64,000 bases of DNA from Octopus sinensis. Its lineage: Eukaryota. The translations under genes were made by a program, and so were the position numbers. The notes beneath the pieces are model-generated. The model saw only the letters and a program-made list of their open reading frames with translations, was not told the origin of the DNA and did no database searches. The DNA lies in contig NC_043002.1 in the NCBI RefSeq assembly GCF_006345805.1, forward strand, positions 39,432,001 to 39,496,000. The letters run 5' to 3'. This document shows positions 12,246-24,574 of the stretch, piece by piece (position 1 is the stretch's first letter; each line of letters opens with the position of its first letter).

Positions 12246-13109
12246 AATTAACCTTTATAAAATATTACTAGTTTTGATGTGTATGTCCATCTAATCAAAT
12301 ATTAAAAACCCAAAGTCAAGAATTAGAAATTAAAAATAAAAACAGTTTGTTCTCATATTCTGTGCATAGTTAAGAATGTGTTTGATATTTTTCATAAAGT
12401 CTCTTCTTTTATATTTTGTTTATTATGTAGGGGTTTGAAATGGGGTTCAAGAAGTCAAGTGTCAAAAAATTCTATTGAATTGAATAGTAGATTGTATCAA
12501 AAACTCTATTGAATTGTATAACAGATTTCTTGTGTCAAACATTTTACTGAATTGTATAGCAGATTTCTTTTCTAGTCAAAATGTTCAGCTGTGTGGGTGT
12601 ATATGTTAAATGGATTAAAGGATGGTCGAAAATTCTATTGATAAATTTTTCCCCAAAATTCCTATTGAATTGAGTAGCAGATTTCTTTTCTATTCAAAAT
12701 ATGTTCAGCTGTGTGTGTATCATCATCATTGTTTAATGTTTGTTTTCCATGCTGGCATGGGTTGGATGGTTTGACAGGAGTTGGTCAGTCGGAGAGCTAC
12801 CTAGGCTCCAATTGTCTGTTTTGGCATGGTTTCTAGGACTAGATGCCCTTCCTAATGCCATCCGCTTCACAGAGTATACTGGGTGCCTTTTACATTCTAC
12901 TGGCATGGGTGCATTTATGTATCACTGACATAAGTGCAACTTACATGGTACTGGTACAAGTGCATTGTGTGTCAAATGTCTAAATAACTAAAAATGGATT
13001 TAAGGATGGTGGAAAGTTCTACTGATAGGTTTTTTATTTTTATCTCTGTGTGTGTAGGTTGGGTTCCATTGTGTCAAGAATACAATTTTATTTTAATTGT
13101 ATTGGACCC

Positions 13110-13490
13110 ATCAAACTAAGTGAAACTGTAGTCGTGGCCGATGGCAGTGTCACGTAAAAAGCATACTTCGAACGTTGGGTCTCACGGAGGGAATGATAAG
13201 TGACTGAGACCTTTGGTGATATGCTGTACTTGAGAAGACTTGTCAAGCCAAGTGAAATCATAGTTGTGGCCAATGCCAGAGTCACGTAACCGACACCTGT
13301 ACTGGTGGCATGTAAAAAGCACCCATTATACTCTTCAAGTGGTTGGTGTTAGGAAGGGCATCCAGCCATAGAAACCATGCTAAATCAGATTGGAACCTGG
13401 TGTAGCACTCCAGTTTATCAGTTTCAGTCAAACCATCTAAACCATGCCAGCATGGAAAGCAGATGCTAAATGAGGATGATGATGACGATA
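13110..13490 (+). mobile_element. RTE LINE 3' end including the ORF2 stop region
   Basis: gagacctttggtgatatgctgtacttgagaagac matches the ORF2 end at 700-730 (minus); (GAT)n tail. Confidence 0.75.
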
Positions 13491-13509
13491 GTGACAATTT
13501 TCAGTCATC

Positions 13510-13890
13510 ATGCACACACAAAATCTTTTATTTGTTTCAGAAATTGGACTATGGTCATGCTAGGTCACCACCTAGAAGATGAAGCTGAACAAATCAACCC
13601 CAGTACATGAGCTCAAACCTGGTATTTATTCTATCAGTTTTTTTTTTCCAAACTGTTAAGTTTCAGGGATGTAAAGAAACCAGCATCAGTTGTCTAGTGG
13701 GATGGTGAACAAACACAGACACACACACAACAGGCTTCTTTCAGTTTCTATCTACCAAATTCACTCACAAGACTTTGGTTGACCTGGAGCTATGGTAGAC
13801 AACACTTGCTGAAAGTGTCTTGCAGTGAGATTGAACTTGCAACCATGTGGTTGGGAAGCAAACTTCTTACCACACAGCCATGCCTGCACC
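13510..13890 (-). mobile_element. SINE family B, diverged
   Basis: Reverse complement of the family B head and body. Confidence 0.7.
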
Positions 13891-14256
13891 TACAAGCCTC
13901 TATCTACAATATATTTATTCTTTTATTTGTTTCACCCATTTGACTGCAGCCATGCTGGAGTACCACCTTAAAGGGCTTTAGTTGAAGAAACTGATGCTAG
14001 GATATTTTCTTTTTAAGTCTAGTACTTATTCTGTCAGTCTCTTTTGCCGAACTGCTAAGTTATGGGGATGTAAACACACCAACATCAGTTGTCAAGCAAT
14101 GGTGTTGGGGACAAACAAAGACACACATTCAAATCAATAGAGTGTCAGAAACTAGTTAAAGGTCAGGGGTCCACATGGTCCACATCATCATAAAACCAAC
14201 ACTGCATTGTGTCTATGTTCAAGATACTTCATCTTCAAAAGGCCCATTACACTTAC

Positions 14257-14358
14257 CTATAAGTGCCACAAGGGAAGAGAAATTTTTAGGATTGCAAATA
14301 GCAGCAGCAGTGATAATTAGTGCTTCATTAGCTGGTAATGTTGGTTTTAATTTTTGTT
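14257..14358 (-). other. Candidate in-frame cassette exon in CENPM intron 4 (QKLKPTLPANEALIITAAAICNPKNFSSLVALI)
   Basis: Acceptor cccttgctaaactacctctcAG, donor ATAG/GTAAGT, 102 nt, phase 1-1, no stop. Not needed for the CENP-M alignment. Confidence 0.3.
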
Positions 14359-14938
14359 CTGAGAGGTAGTTTAGCAAGGGATAGCTTTTCCCCATATCAA
14401 ATACACAATCCTCATCATTTGAACATCCACTTTTCCATGCTTGCATAGGTCAGGCAGAGTTTACTGAAAACTGATTTTCAATGACCAGATCTGTTTTTAA
14501 CAGAAGCAAATTTCTTAATTACACACCTGTACCTTTGAACACGAATTTACAACAAAGAAAAATCTGAAGAAAACGTCTGTGATCATAATGCCTGTAACCT
14601 GATGGAGAGAATCACCATTTACTGAAACTGTAATATCATGTTTCGTTTTTGGATTTGGTTTGCAAGATTCTTTATGAGTTTGTGTGTTGAAGCATATTCT
14701 GTTGTGTCTGGGGAGAGTCATTTTCTTTTTGTGCCTTATAATGTAACACACTCACCAGTAAAATTTCCACTTTTTCCTTATTTTTAATTTCCTAAAATAT
14801 TTGTTGCGTCTTGCAACCTTTTCAATAGTTTTGACTCGATATTGAACTATCCATGTCATTATAGTTCTTTTAAGGGAATGAGTAAGTCAATATTCCAATG
14901 CTAGATGGACAATAACACTAAGCAACAGAAAATCTCAC

Positions 14939-15021
14939 CTGGTTGATGAACAATCAAACATGCTTTTCCAAGAAAGTATTCAGCATCAATTAACTTCACA
15001 GCTTCTTGTAAACAGTTCAAG
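14939..15021 (-). CDS. CENPM: Centromere protein M, coding exon 4 (LNCLQEAVKLIDAEYFLGKACLIVHQP)
   Basis: Acceptor ttttaatccttcttAG, donor CAG/GTGAGA, 83 nt, phase 2 to 1; matches the CENP-M motif VDASFFLGKVCFL (recalled human). Confidence 0.95.
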
Positions 15022-15206
15022 CTAAGAAGGATTAAAATGGTTCAAGAAAGAAATAATAGTCATTAAAATCGTAGTCAGATATAAGATAATGACCAAGTAA
15101 TAATTTTAAGTCAAACATGATATAGGAATAAGTGAAATCTAAAATCAAAACAATGAGAATAATAACAGTGTATCAAAATTTTTATTATTTCTTGTCTTTG
15201 GTCAGT

Positions 15207-15873
15207 AAGTGTTAAGTTAATTTTTTGGCTCAAAAAGCAAAAAGCAAGGCCATGTAGGGGGACATGGAGTTATGTACAGGGGTGTTCATGCAAAGAGTTC
15301 AGGCCATTTCTGGTCAAGAGAGACTTTGAATCGAGCGGTTGTTGGCATCTTCACTATCTCGTCCGGCAGCTTATTCCACGGATCCGCAACCCGGACAGAG
15401 AAAGCCCCTCTCCTTCAATTGAGATGAAATCGTTGCAGATAGAGCTTTTCGGAGTGACCCCGCGGCCTACGCTCTGGAGCAGGAGTGAAGAACAGCTCTT
15501 TCGAGAGGTTACACTTTCCGCTTATGATGTTGTGAGCAAGAATGAGATCACCACGGCGGCGTTGTTTTTCTAGAGAATAAAGGTCGAGCGTCTTCAGCCT
15601 TTCTTCATAAGACAAATGCTTGAGACCAAGAACCATGCGGGTAGCCAGCTTCTGGACTCTTTCGAGATGATGTATGTCTTTGAGGAGATAAGGAGAAGAA
15701 GCTTGAATCCCGTACTCCAATATGGGTCTCACCAGCGTGACATAGAGCGGTAGGAATATGGCTGCTGTGAGCATTCCGAATGACCGTCGAATCAAAAACA
15801 GAACTCCGAGTGCTTTGTTGGCAGCATGGACGCACTGGGTCGAAGGCGAAAAGGAAGAATCCACCAAAATCAA
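15207..15873 (-). mobile_element. CR1-clade LINE, 5'-truncated, ORF2 C-terminus and 3' end
   Basis: ORF 15415-15873: LYVTLVRPILEYG...LERVQKLATRMV.GLKHLSYEERLKTLDLYSLEKQRRRGDLI, continuing past a stop into FSVRVADPWNKLP. Confidence 0.92.
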
Positions 15874-16400
15874 AGGAAATTACTATTATTCCCTTCAAAC
15901 TTGGCTTTTGTGACCTGGATATAAATATATTGAAACTGACCTATTTTCCATTACATTTCAGACAGATTTAGCACTGAGTTGCTGAAGCAGAAATATTGTT
16001 GTAGCAAATATTCTGCCCAACACCACAGATTTGCTTGTCAGTTGCTTGATCATAACCAGTTGAGCATGTCCCTTAGTGGCTGACAATATGTGCATCTCTG
16101 ATCATGTGCAGGAGTAGTGGGGGTGAGTATCATAGCCATATGTTGAGAGGGATTCTTTGAGGTTTGAATAAATATAAGAGAAGCATGTTTGAAGGAAATA
16201 TTAGCCATTTTTTCATACTTTGTAAGGGTAAGCATATAAGAAATAACAGTTGCTATTTAAAGACAAAAATCACGTTACAAAGTGTAATATGAGCATGTAA
16301 TACAAGTCTGAAATAAACTCAAATTATGAAGCTTTTATAAATCAAATGCTAATTCTAGTTGTTTGCTATCTAGAAAATGAATAAATACTGAGATCTGTAA

Positions 16401-16776
16401 ACCTTTAGCATTCTGATTGCTCAAATTTAATGCTTAATTATTCACATTGTTTTGAATTAATCAGGCATTGAAGCTTCATGAGTTCAATGACGTGATTGTT
16501 TATTATTAGAATAATATTATGTGGTAGATGTGAGAAGCTGAATCTGGTTAGTTTGAAAATAAAACAGGCAGAATCAGGGGCAGACTGAGCCATCGGTCAA
16601 TTGCGCACTGCCTAAGGGCCTGGAGCTCTGAGGGGCCCACACACTACATGTTAGCTCTCTTTGATATCAATGCCAAGGGGCCTGGTGAACAGTTATGCCC
16701 GTGGGCCCTTACTACTCTCAGTCCATTCCTGGGTAGAATATTTGAGCTGGATACGGCTGCTTTAAGTGCCAAAGGG
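16401..16776. mobile_element. piggyBac-type (TTAA) MITE carrying a nested insertion
   Basis: acctttagca...aaagggTTAA; homologous to 17018-17208 and 35964-36184. Confidence 0.75.
16575..16731. mobile_element. hAT-type MITE, 157 bp
   Basis: TIRs caggggcagactgag / ctcagtccattcctg; 8-bp TSD ggcagaat (16567-16574) and ggtagaat (16732-16739). Confidence 0.75.
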
Positions 16777-17017
16777 TTAAATTTGTTTTATTCCAGCTGG
16801 CCTAAACATCACTCTGAACACAATTTAGTAACTTGTTAGAAACCATCTGCATTAAAGTGTTATTTATAAATTAAAACCTAAAATACAAGATGTAAGTAAA
16901 AGTTCCGACATTATCAAATTATATCTAAGAAGTGTTTGATATTCCAATAAATTAAAAGTTACAGTCATTTCACAAAACCCCTATTTGGTTCTTCATTATT
17001 TTGAAAAACTAACTTAA

Positions 17018-17208
17018 CATTTTAGCATTCAGATTATTCTGTCAAATATAGTGTTTTGAATTAATCATACATTATCTCATAGCTTCGAGATTTCAATGAT
17101 GTGAGTATTTATTTTTAGAATGGCATTGTAGAGGATGTGTGAGAGGCCAGATCTGGCTGGTTTGAGCACAAAACAGGCAAAATATTTGGGCCAGATATAG
17201 CTAAAGGG
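17018..17208. mobile_element. piggyBac-type (TTAA) MITE
   Basis: TTAA at 17014-17017 and 17209-17212; TIR cattttagca / gctaaaggg. Confidence 0.75.
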
Positions 17209-18014
17209 TTAAACACATTGGCAATGTATTCTTAGTGGAATTAGGACCAAGAAAGGATTGCGTGTCAATGGTTTAAAATAAATCTATGGTAAACATACTG
17301 TAAATGCCCACCTTACTCTATGTATATAGCAAGCTGAAGCATTTTAATTAATTAAAATTGCTCCATCACTGAGAGAATAATTTTCATGACTAATTCTGTA
17401 CAAGAAAGGAAGAGAAAGTACCATAAAATTTACAAATTGAAAATAGAATGAGAAAGCAGTGGAGAGGAAATGATTTTTGATCATAAAGTGACAACTTCAA
17501 GCATGTTAATGCCTTATTGGACCTCCTCAACAAAGCCTAGTCTAAACATTATTGCCAGATCTTGGGATGTCAAGAAAGAATATACAGGTTTTCTTAGTGG
17601 CATGATAACTTCAAAGAATAGATGGGAAATACCCAGGGACGCCTGTCACATGGAAAACAGAAAAGTGTGCATTAACATATTTCTATGTAGTAAACCAAAC
17701 TAACAATACTGTCCTAATAATAGAACTTTTATATAAAAGCATAAAAATATATGGTAGTAGATAAGTAACAAAAGAAAAGACAGAGTGAATTAAAATAAAG
17801 AACGAGGTGTACTATAACAACCTGTAGACAACAAGAAATCATTCTTAAACAACTAAAGAAAATGGAGGAAAGCAATTAAGTGAAGGTATTTTTCAAAGGA
17901 GAGAGAAAAAGCAGAAAAATCAAGATGATGAAAAGTTATTAAGAACTTTTTAGCAGTTAAAGTAGTAATTCCTGTTTTCTCACTTTTCCCATTTTTATTT
18001 GTTCACCATCATCA

Positions 18015-18285
18015 TTTCACATCATCATCGTTTAATGTCTGTTTTCCGTGCTAGCACGGGTTGGACGGTTCAACCGGGGTCTGGGAAGCCAGGTGGCTGC
18101 ACCAGGCTCCAGTCTGATCTGGCAGTGTTTCTACAGCTGGATGCCCTTCCTAACGCCAACCACTCCGTGAGTGTAGTGGGTACTTTTTTACGTGCTAGTG
18201 GAGTCTGGCAGCGGCCACGATCAGTTGGTGCTTTTTACATGCCACTGGCACAGAAGCCAGTCAAGGCAGCTCTCATATTGGCAAG
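18015..18285 (-). mobile_element. RTE LINE 3' tail
   Basis: catcatcatcgtttaatgtc...gctagcacgggttggacgg on +. Confidence 0.8.
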
Positions 18286-19022
18286 TAATGGATGTGTCAT
18301 AATGAATCAGTTAAATTCTTATTTTGAGTTACTACCCTCCCAGATCAGTTGGAAGATACTGTGTCATATTAGTGTGTTCTTTTCTTTGGCATGGAATTTA
18401 TAGGTGGATGTCCTTCCTAACAGTTACCACTTTACAGAGTGTACTGGAGACATTTTATAGCACAACCACAAGAGAGAGTGTCACGGTCTTCAGCATGACT
18501 AAAACACCACACTCCCTTGATGACTCTGCTGGATTCACCAACCATTTTATAGAATGCAGTGAGTGCATTTTATCATGGTACCAGTATTAGTGATGTTGCC
18601 TAATATCACACAAGATTTAATGAGCCATCTCTATTCTAGGTTGTCTCAGATTGTTCAAGAGGGTGAACAGAAGATGAACAAGAGCGAGTGGGCAAAGGAG
18701 GTGAGAGACAGACGAGATAAACAATGGTTGAAGTGAGAGAATAACAGAGGAGGGGGTAATGAAAGGATGAGAGGATGTTAAAAGAGTAAGTAATAAAACA
18801 GTGATAGGGGTGAGAGGGTAACAGAGGAAAGCACAAAGCTGTAAAGAATAATAAACAAGAAATAATAAACATAGAAAGCAACAACACTGAAACACATTGG
18901 CATTCTATTTCATATTACAACTTACAAACTAAATTTTTCTTTGGTACATTTTGTGCTGACCATTATTGCTTTCTAAGACAATTTATTGAAGAAAAATATA
19001 TTTTGTATTAAAGTGAACAAAC

Positions 19023-19118
19023 CTTTCCTTTCTTGTAACATCAATAACAAAACAAATGAAATCAATCCTTGGTCGAGGTGGATCCGTGGGTTCTAGTGGC
19101 AAATTACTGGTCAGTCGA
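19023..19118 (-). CDS. CENPM: Centromere protein M, coding exon 3 (RLTSNLPLEPTDPPRPRIDFICFVIDVTRKE)
   Basis: Acceptor ttttcttcttattcttcAG, donor AAG/GTTTGT, 96 nt, phase 2-2; contains the diagnostic LPL...RPRID motif. Confidence 0.96.
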
Positions 19119-19455
19119 CTGAAGAATAAGAAGAAAAAAAAAACTGCACAGATGAAAACAATGCAAAAAAAAAAAATGAAACAAAAAAGTAAGCAACACA
19201 AATATAGCTGTGTGATTAAGATGTTTGCTCCTAACCAAATGGTTTTGAGTTCAGTCCCACACAGTAACACCGTGGACATGTATTTTCTACTATAGTTCTG
19301 GCCTTGTGAATAGATCTGATAGACGGAAACTGAAAGAAGCATATTATATACAATCATCATCATCATCATCATCTAACATCCATTGTCCATGTTGGCATGG
19401 GTTGGACAGTTTGATTGGGCTGGTATGCTGGAAGGCTGCACCAGGCTCCAATCTG

Positions 19456-19507
<52 letters not shown>

Positions 19508-19783
19508 TCATCATCATTTAAATATGCACTTTTCGGAGCTTGTATGAGTCAGATAGAGTTTAGTGAAGCAGATTTTCAATAGCTGGATGTCATACTTGTT
19601 ACTAACCTTCACCTGATTCCAAATGAGGTAATATTTCTCCATGACTAGACATATTTTCATGAAAGATCAGAAATAAAGGATGCTGCTTGCAAAATGGTGA
19701 CACTTGTTTTGCAACTAACACATGATATCAAGGCAAGGAAACAGTAATATACACATCTGTATGTATGTATATATATATATATA

Positions 19784-19934
19784 TAGGAGTGGTTGTGTGG
19801 TAAGTAGCTTGCTTACCAACCACATGGTTCCAGGTTCAGTCCCACTGCGTGGCAACTTGGGCAAGTGTCTTCTACTATAGCCTCGGGCCGACCAAAGCCT
19901 TGTGAGTGGATTTGGAAGAAGCCCGTCGTATGTA

Positions 19935-19969
<35 letters not shown>

Positions 19970-20163
19970 GTGTGTGTTTGTCCCCCCAACATCGCTTGAC
20001 AACCGATGCTTGTGTGTTTACGTTCCCGTAACTTAGCGGTTCGGCAAAAGAGACCGATAGAATAAGTACTAGGCTTACAAAGAATAAGTCCTGGGGGCGA
20101 TTTGCTCGACCAAAGGCGGTGCTCCAGCGTGGCCACAGTCAAATGTCTTAAACAAGTAAAAGA

Positions 20164-20164
<1 letters not shown>
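19784..20164 (+). mobile_element. SINE family B, near full length
   Basis: Matches 9009-9410. Confidence 0.85.
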
Positions 20165-20201
<37 letters not shown>

Positions 20202-20371
20202 CAAAGTAAGATAGAGGTTATGGGTGTAACCCACTATGGGATACTATTTATCCAGTATACTGATGGTAAAGTACCCAGATTCTTAATACTTAAATGTTTT
20301 TAATTGCAATGCAATTAACTCACTTATTGTATTAAACGGGTGAAGGTAAAGAAATATTTTTACTGTAAATT

Positions 20372-20509
20372 TATAATACAAATAAGAAAATGGAGAAACA
20401 AGTTTAGTTTGTTCATCAACTTTCGGATATTAGAATTTTGGATTATTTATTCATCCGAAAGTTGATGAACAAACTAAACTTGTTTCTCCATTTTCTTATT
20501 TGTATTATA
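20372..20509. repeat. Perfect inverted repeat, 57-bp arms, 24-nt spacer
   Basis: 20372-20428 is the exact reverse complement of 20453-20509. Confidence 0.9.
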
Positions 20510-20769
20510 TATATATATATATAATATATATATATATATATAAACATTAACAACCACACATAATGTATGTTTTGTGTGTTTGCCGTTAAGCTGCAATTAC
20601 TCCCTTAAAACACCTGAAAGTCATGGACAGGTGAGACAACTCACCCCAGATCCCATTCAAGAGTGATGGATATCAATGTTTTGTCATTTTTGTGACTTAT
20701 CAACATTGTGTACTTGAACACCGAATCAGAGGTGAATCATACTGCCAGTATATATATATATATATACAT

Positions 20770-21210
20770 ACGTAAAAAGCACCCACTACACTCACGGAGT
20801 GGTTGGCGTTAGGAAGGGCATCCAGCTGTAGAAACATTGCCAGATAAGACTGGAGCCTGGTGCAGCCTTCTGGCTTCCCAGATCCCCGGTCGAACCGTCC
20901 AACCCATGCTAGCATGGAAAACGGACGTTAAACGATGATGATGATGATATATATATATATATATATATATATATCAAGCCAAGTAAAATTGCAGTTGTGT
21001 CAGATATTGGTGTCATGCAAATGGCACCCGTGCTGGTGGCACATAAAAGCACCCATTACACTCTCAGAGTGGTTGGCATTAGGAAGGGCATCCATCTGTA
21101 GAAACTATGCCAAATCAGACTGGAGTCTGGTGCAGCCTTTCAGCTTGCCAGCCCTGGTCAGACTGTCCAACCCATGCCAGTATGGACAACAGACGTTGAA
21201 TGATGATGAT
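20770..21210 (+). mobile_element. Two tandem RTE LINE 3' tails
   Basis: aaaaagcaccc...aggaagggcatcc...(GAT)n at about 20770-20945 and 21020-21210. Confidence 0.8.
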
Positions 21211-23145
21211 TTTTGTGTCTACGGAGTGTCATTATGCCAATATTATTAACATGTGCACTGGTTCAATTCCACTCCTTCATTATTAATCAACTGTTTCAAT
21301 ATCGAACTAACTAATCAATTATTTGTAAGTCATTTGTTTTGCTTTCGTTGCTACTTGCAACCTTTTCAATGACATTTGACTTAGTCCATAATCTAATGGG
21401 CTTTTCTCAGTTTTCATTCTTCAAATCCACTTACAAGGTTTGGTCAGCAAGGGGCTGCAGCAGAAGACACTTGACCAAGGTACCAAACAGTGGGACTGAA
21501 CCCAAAACTATGTGGTTGGGAAGCAAATTTCTTACCACAAAGCAACATCAATGCTTACAGTGATAAACTTGAATGTCTCAAAATCACATTATTTTATTTT
21601 CAATCTCTATTCTCTCTTAGTCTCTGTTTCTCATCCTCTCCTACACTATTTCCAGTATTCTGTAGTATAATACACACACAAACACATGACCAGTTTTTTT
21701 TTTTATATAGAAAGCACAATACAAGAACTAAAACATATGTAGTAGCTGCAAAATAAAATAATAATAAAAAAAGCACATATGAATGGCATTATCTATTTCT
21801 GTTATCAGTGGGAAGGATCTGGCACATTTTGGATATTTGCATATGAATAAAACAAGTGACTTGTCTTCTGACAGTTGTATCACACCATAATGTGAACAAT
21901 GAAATGTCAAAATGCTACTGACTTTTGAGAAAAATGAGTAATATTTTTCAGTAAAGGCACAGGCATGGTTGTCATCATCATCATCATCAATTAACATCTG
22001 TTATCCGTGCTGGCATGCTGGAGAGCTGCACCAGGGTCCAGTCTGATTTGGCATGGTTTCTATAGCTTCCTAACGCTAACCACTTTATAGACTGTGCTGG
22101 GTGCTTTTACATGACATCACACAGGTGCTTTTATGGGGCTCTGTCACAAGTGCTTTACACCACCAGAAGGATCGGTCTCGACACTTCTGCTGTGCGGTAT
22201 GGGTCTTCTTGACATGTACCCTGGTTATGTGGTTAAGAAGCTTGTTTTACAATCAAGTGGTTTTGGGTTCAGTCCCACAACACTATACCTTGGGTAAGTG
22301 TCTTCTACTGTAGTCTCAGGCCTACCAATGCCTTGTAAACGAATTTGATAGACAGAAACTGTGTCGGAGCCCATCATGTGTGTATGCATGTGTGTATATC
22401 GTTATATCTGTTTGTTTCCCTCACTACTACTTGACAACTGGTGTTGGTTTGTTTACATTTCTATGACATGGCAGTTCAGCAAAAAAGAACTATAGACTAA
22501 GTACCAGTACTTAACAAAATAAATCCTGGGATCAATTTGTTTGACTAAAGTAGTGCCCCAGTATGACCACAGTCTAATGACTGAAACAAGTAAAAGATAA
22601 AAAAGTACAACATAATGATTACTGAACCAATCAAGGAGCTCCTAGATCAACACTTGACCTGCTAGAAATAACAGCCAAACAATAATTAAATCAGACCTGA
22701 TTATCTTAAATAAAGACAACACATATTAGATAACAATGTAGTGTTATAAAACCCCTAAAATGATGGAATGGTCATGGTTGGAATGCCTTTAATCATGACT
22801 TGGAGCTAAATATACTGACTATAATGAAGTTTGGACTTAGTAGCCCAGCAACTTAATAAGTGAATCATCATCATCACTGTTTTAATGTCCACCTTTCCAT
22901 ACTTGCATAGGTCAGACAGAATTCGATGAGGCAGATTTTCTATGGCCAGATGTCCTTGCTATTGCTAAAACTCACCTGTTTCCAAGTAAGGTAATAAATC
23001 CAGCTATATTTTCATGCAAGTCTGGAAACAAATGATGTTTGTATTATAGGGGTCACTTGCTTACAACTATCGTACAATATCAAGACAGACACAAACACAA
23101 CACATATAGACCTTTAAATACATAGCGAAAGAACATGGGTCAGTG

Positions 23146-23817
23146 CAGCACTGGATTAACCATTAATCAAAATAAGCAAGGGCGGCGAGCTGGCAGAATC
23201 ATTATCACGCCAGGTGAAATGCTTAATGGTATTTTTCGCCTGCCACTATGTTCCGAGTTCAAATTCCGCTGAGGTTGACTTTGCCGTTCATCCTTTTGGG
23301 GTCGATTAAATAAGTACCAGTTACGCACGGGTCAATGTAATCGACTTAATCCCTTTGTCCTTGTTTGTCCCTTCTATGTTTAGCCCCTTGTGAGCAATAA
23401 AGAGTTAAATAAGCATGTGCTTAGGGCATCAAAGGAAGTGGGGCACCACAGAAATGGTAAATTGCTTACGGCACAAAAGAAATCACTTTAGACTTGCTTC
23501 AATAATATTTGAGGTAGTGTATGTAATTCGAAATATAATTTCAAAGTGTTCATGGTGTCATAGTGAGGATTTGATCGAAGACTTTACAATTAGAAAAAAG
23601 TAGAAGAAAACTTTTGAAATATAAAGTGGAAGCATAAAAAATAGATAAAATAAACATTTCCTCCCATATTACTCTTGGTTTTGTTTCATTTTGAAAAACA
23701 AAACAAAAAAATAAGATTCATTTTATGGCTTATTGTTTAAATTTTGAATTACATGTATATGGTAGCACTAAAATCTTTTAAGTGTTTCGGGCCTCAATGG
23801 ATCTTAATCCAACACTG
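23146..23817. mobile_element. hAT-type MITE inserted in a SINE D head and itself carrying a SINE C
   Basis: TIRs cagcactggattaa / ttaatccaacactg; degenerate 8-bp TSD ggtcagtg / tttcactg. Confidence 0.6.
23179..23406 (+). mobile_element. SINE family C with TSD
   Basis: 9-bp direct repeat aaataagca at 23170-23178 and 23407-23415. Confidence 0.85.
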
Positions 23818-23825
23818 TTTCACTG

Positions 23826-24100
23826 GTTAGAGCATTGAGCTTGCAATCATGAGGTAGTGAGTTTGATTCATGGACTAGGCTGTGTGTTGTGTTCTTGTGC
23901 AAGACACTTTATTCAAAGGAATGGCAAAGGCCGATACTGTTTGGCGCCAGTGACGTCACAACTCATTTCTACAGCTGAGTGAACTGGAGCAACGTGGAAT
24001 AAAAGGTCTTACTCAAGAACACAATACACAGCCTGGTCTGGAAATCGAATTCACTACCTCATGATTGTGAGCCTGATGCTCTAACCACTGAGCCATGCAC
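23826..24100. mobile_element. Two SINE family D pieces in inverted orientation
   Basis: + piece 23826-23913 (gttagagcattgagc...gtgttcttgtgcaagacac) and - piece about 23920-24100. Confidence 0.7.
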
Positions 24101-24142
24101 CTTTGTCACACAGTCATTTGACATACTAAAAATAGCAGCCAT

Positions 24143-24475
24143 ATCCGTTCCGTTCCGTTTCGCGACCGTTGCTAGCACCGCCCCGTTTCGTGTCCGTTGC
24201 CAGCCTCGCCTGGCCCTCGTGCCGGTGGCGCATAAAAAGCACCATCCGTTCGTGGCCGTTTGCCAGCTCTGTCTGGCACCTGTGCGGGTGGCACGTAAAA
24301 AGCACCCACTACACTCACGGAGTGGTTGGTGTTAGGAAGGGCATCCAGCCGTAGAAACACTGCCAGATTTGACTGGGCCTGATGAAGCCTTCTGGCTTCA
24401 CAGACCCCAGTAGAACCGTCCAACCCATGCTAGCATGGAAAACGGACGCTAAACGATGATGATGATGATGATGAT
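24143..24475 (+). mobile_element. RTE LINE 3' UTR, young copy
   Basis: CpG-rich tandem units and (GAT)n tail. Confidence 0.85.
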
Positions 24476-24574
24476 ATCTCACCAAGCCATCTTATAGATG
24501 GATAGGTGTATTGAATACCCTTGTGGTTCAAGACATGCCAGTCTGGAAAAAAAAAATCAAAACAGAATGGTCAT

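Noticed and set aside
16225-16305. Small exon candidates in CENPM intron 3
   Set aside because: Exons 3 and 4 join directly in phase and match CENP-M; the candidates do not give a phase 2-2 open exon with good sites.
17512-17642. ASLGISHLFFEVIMP... pseudo-exon with good acceptor
   Set aside because: Open only in phase 0; the host intron is phase 2, giving a premature stop, and no good donor.
12046-24475. Segmental duplication between 12046-12245 and 24262-24475
   Set aside because: Identity stops at the repeat edges; two young copies of one RTE subfamily.
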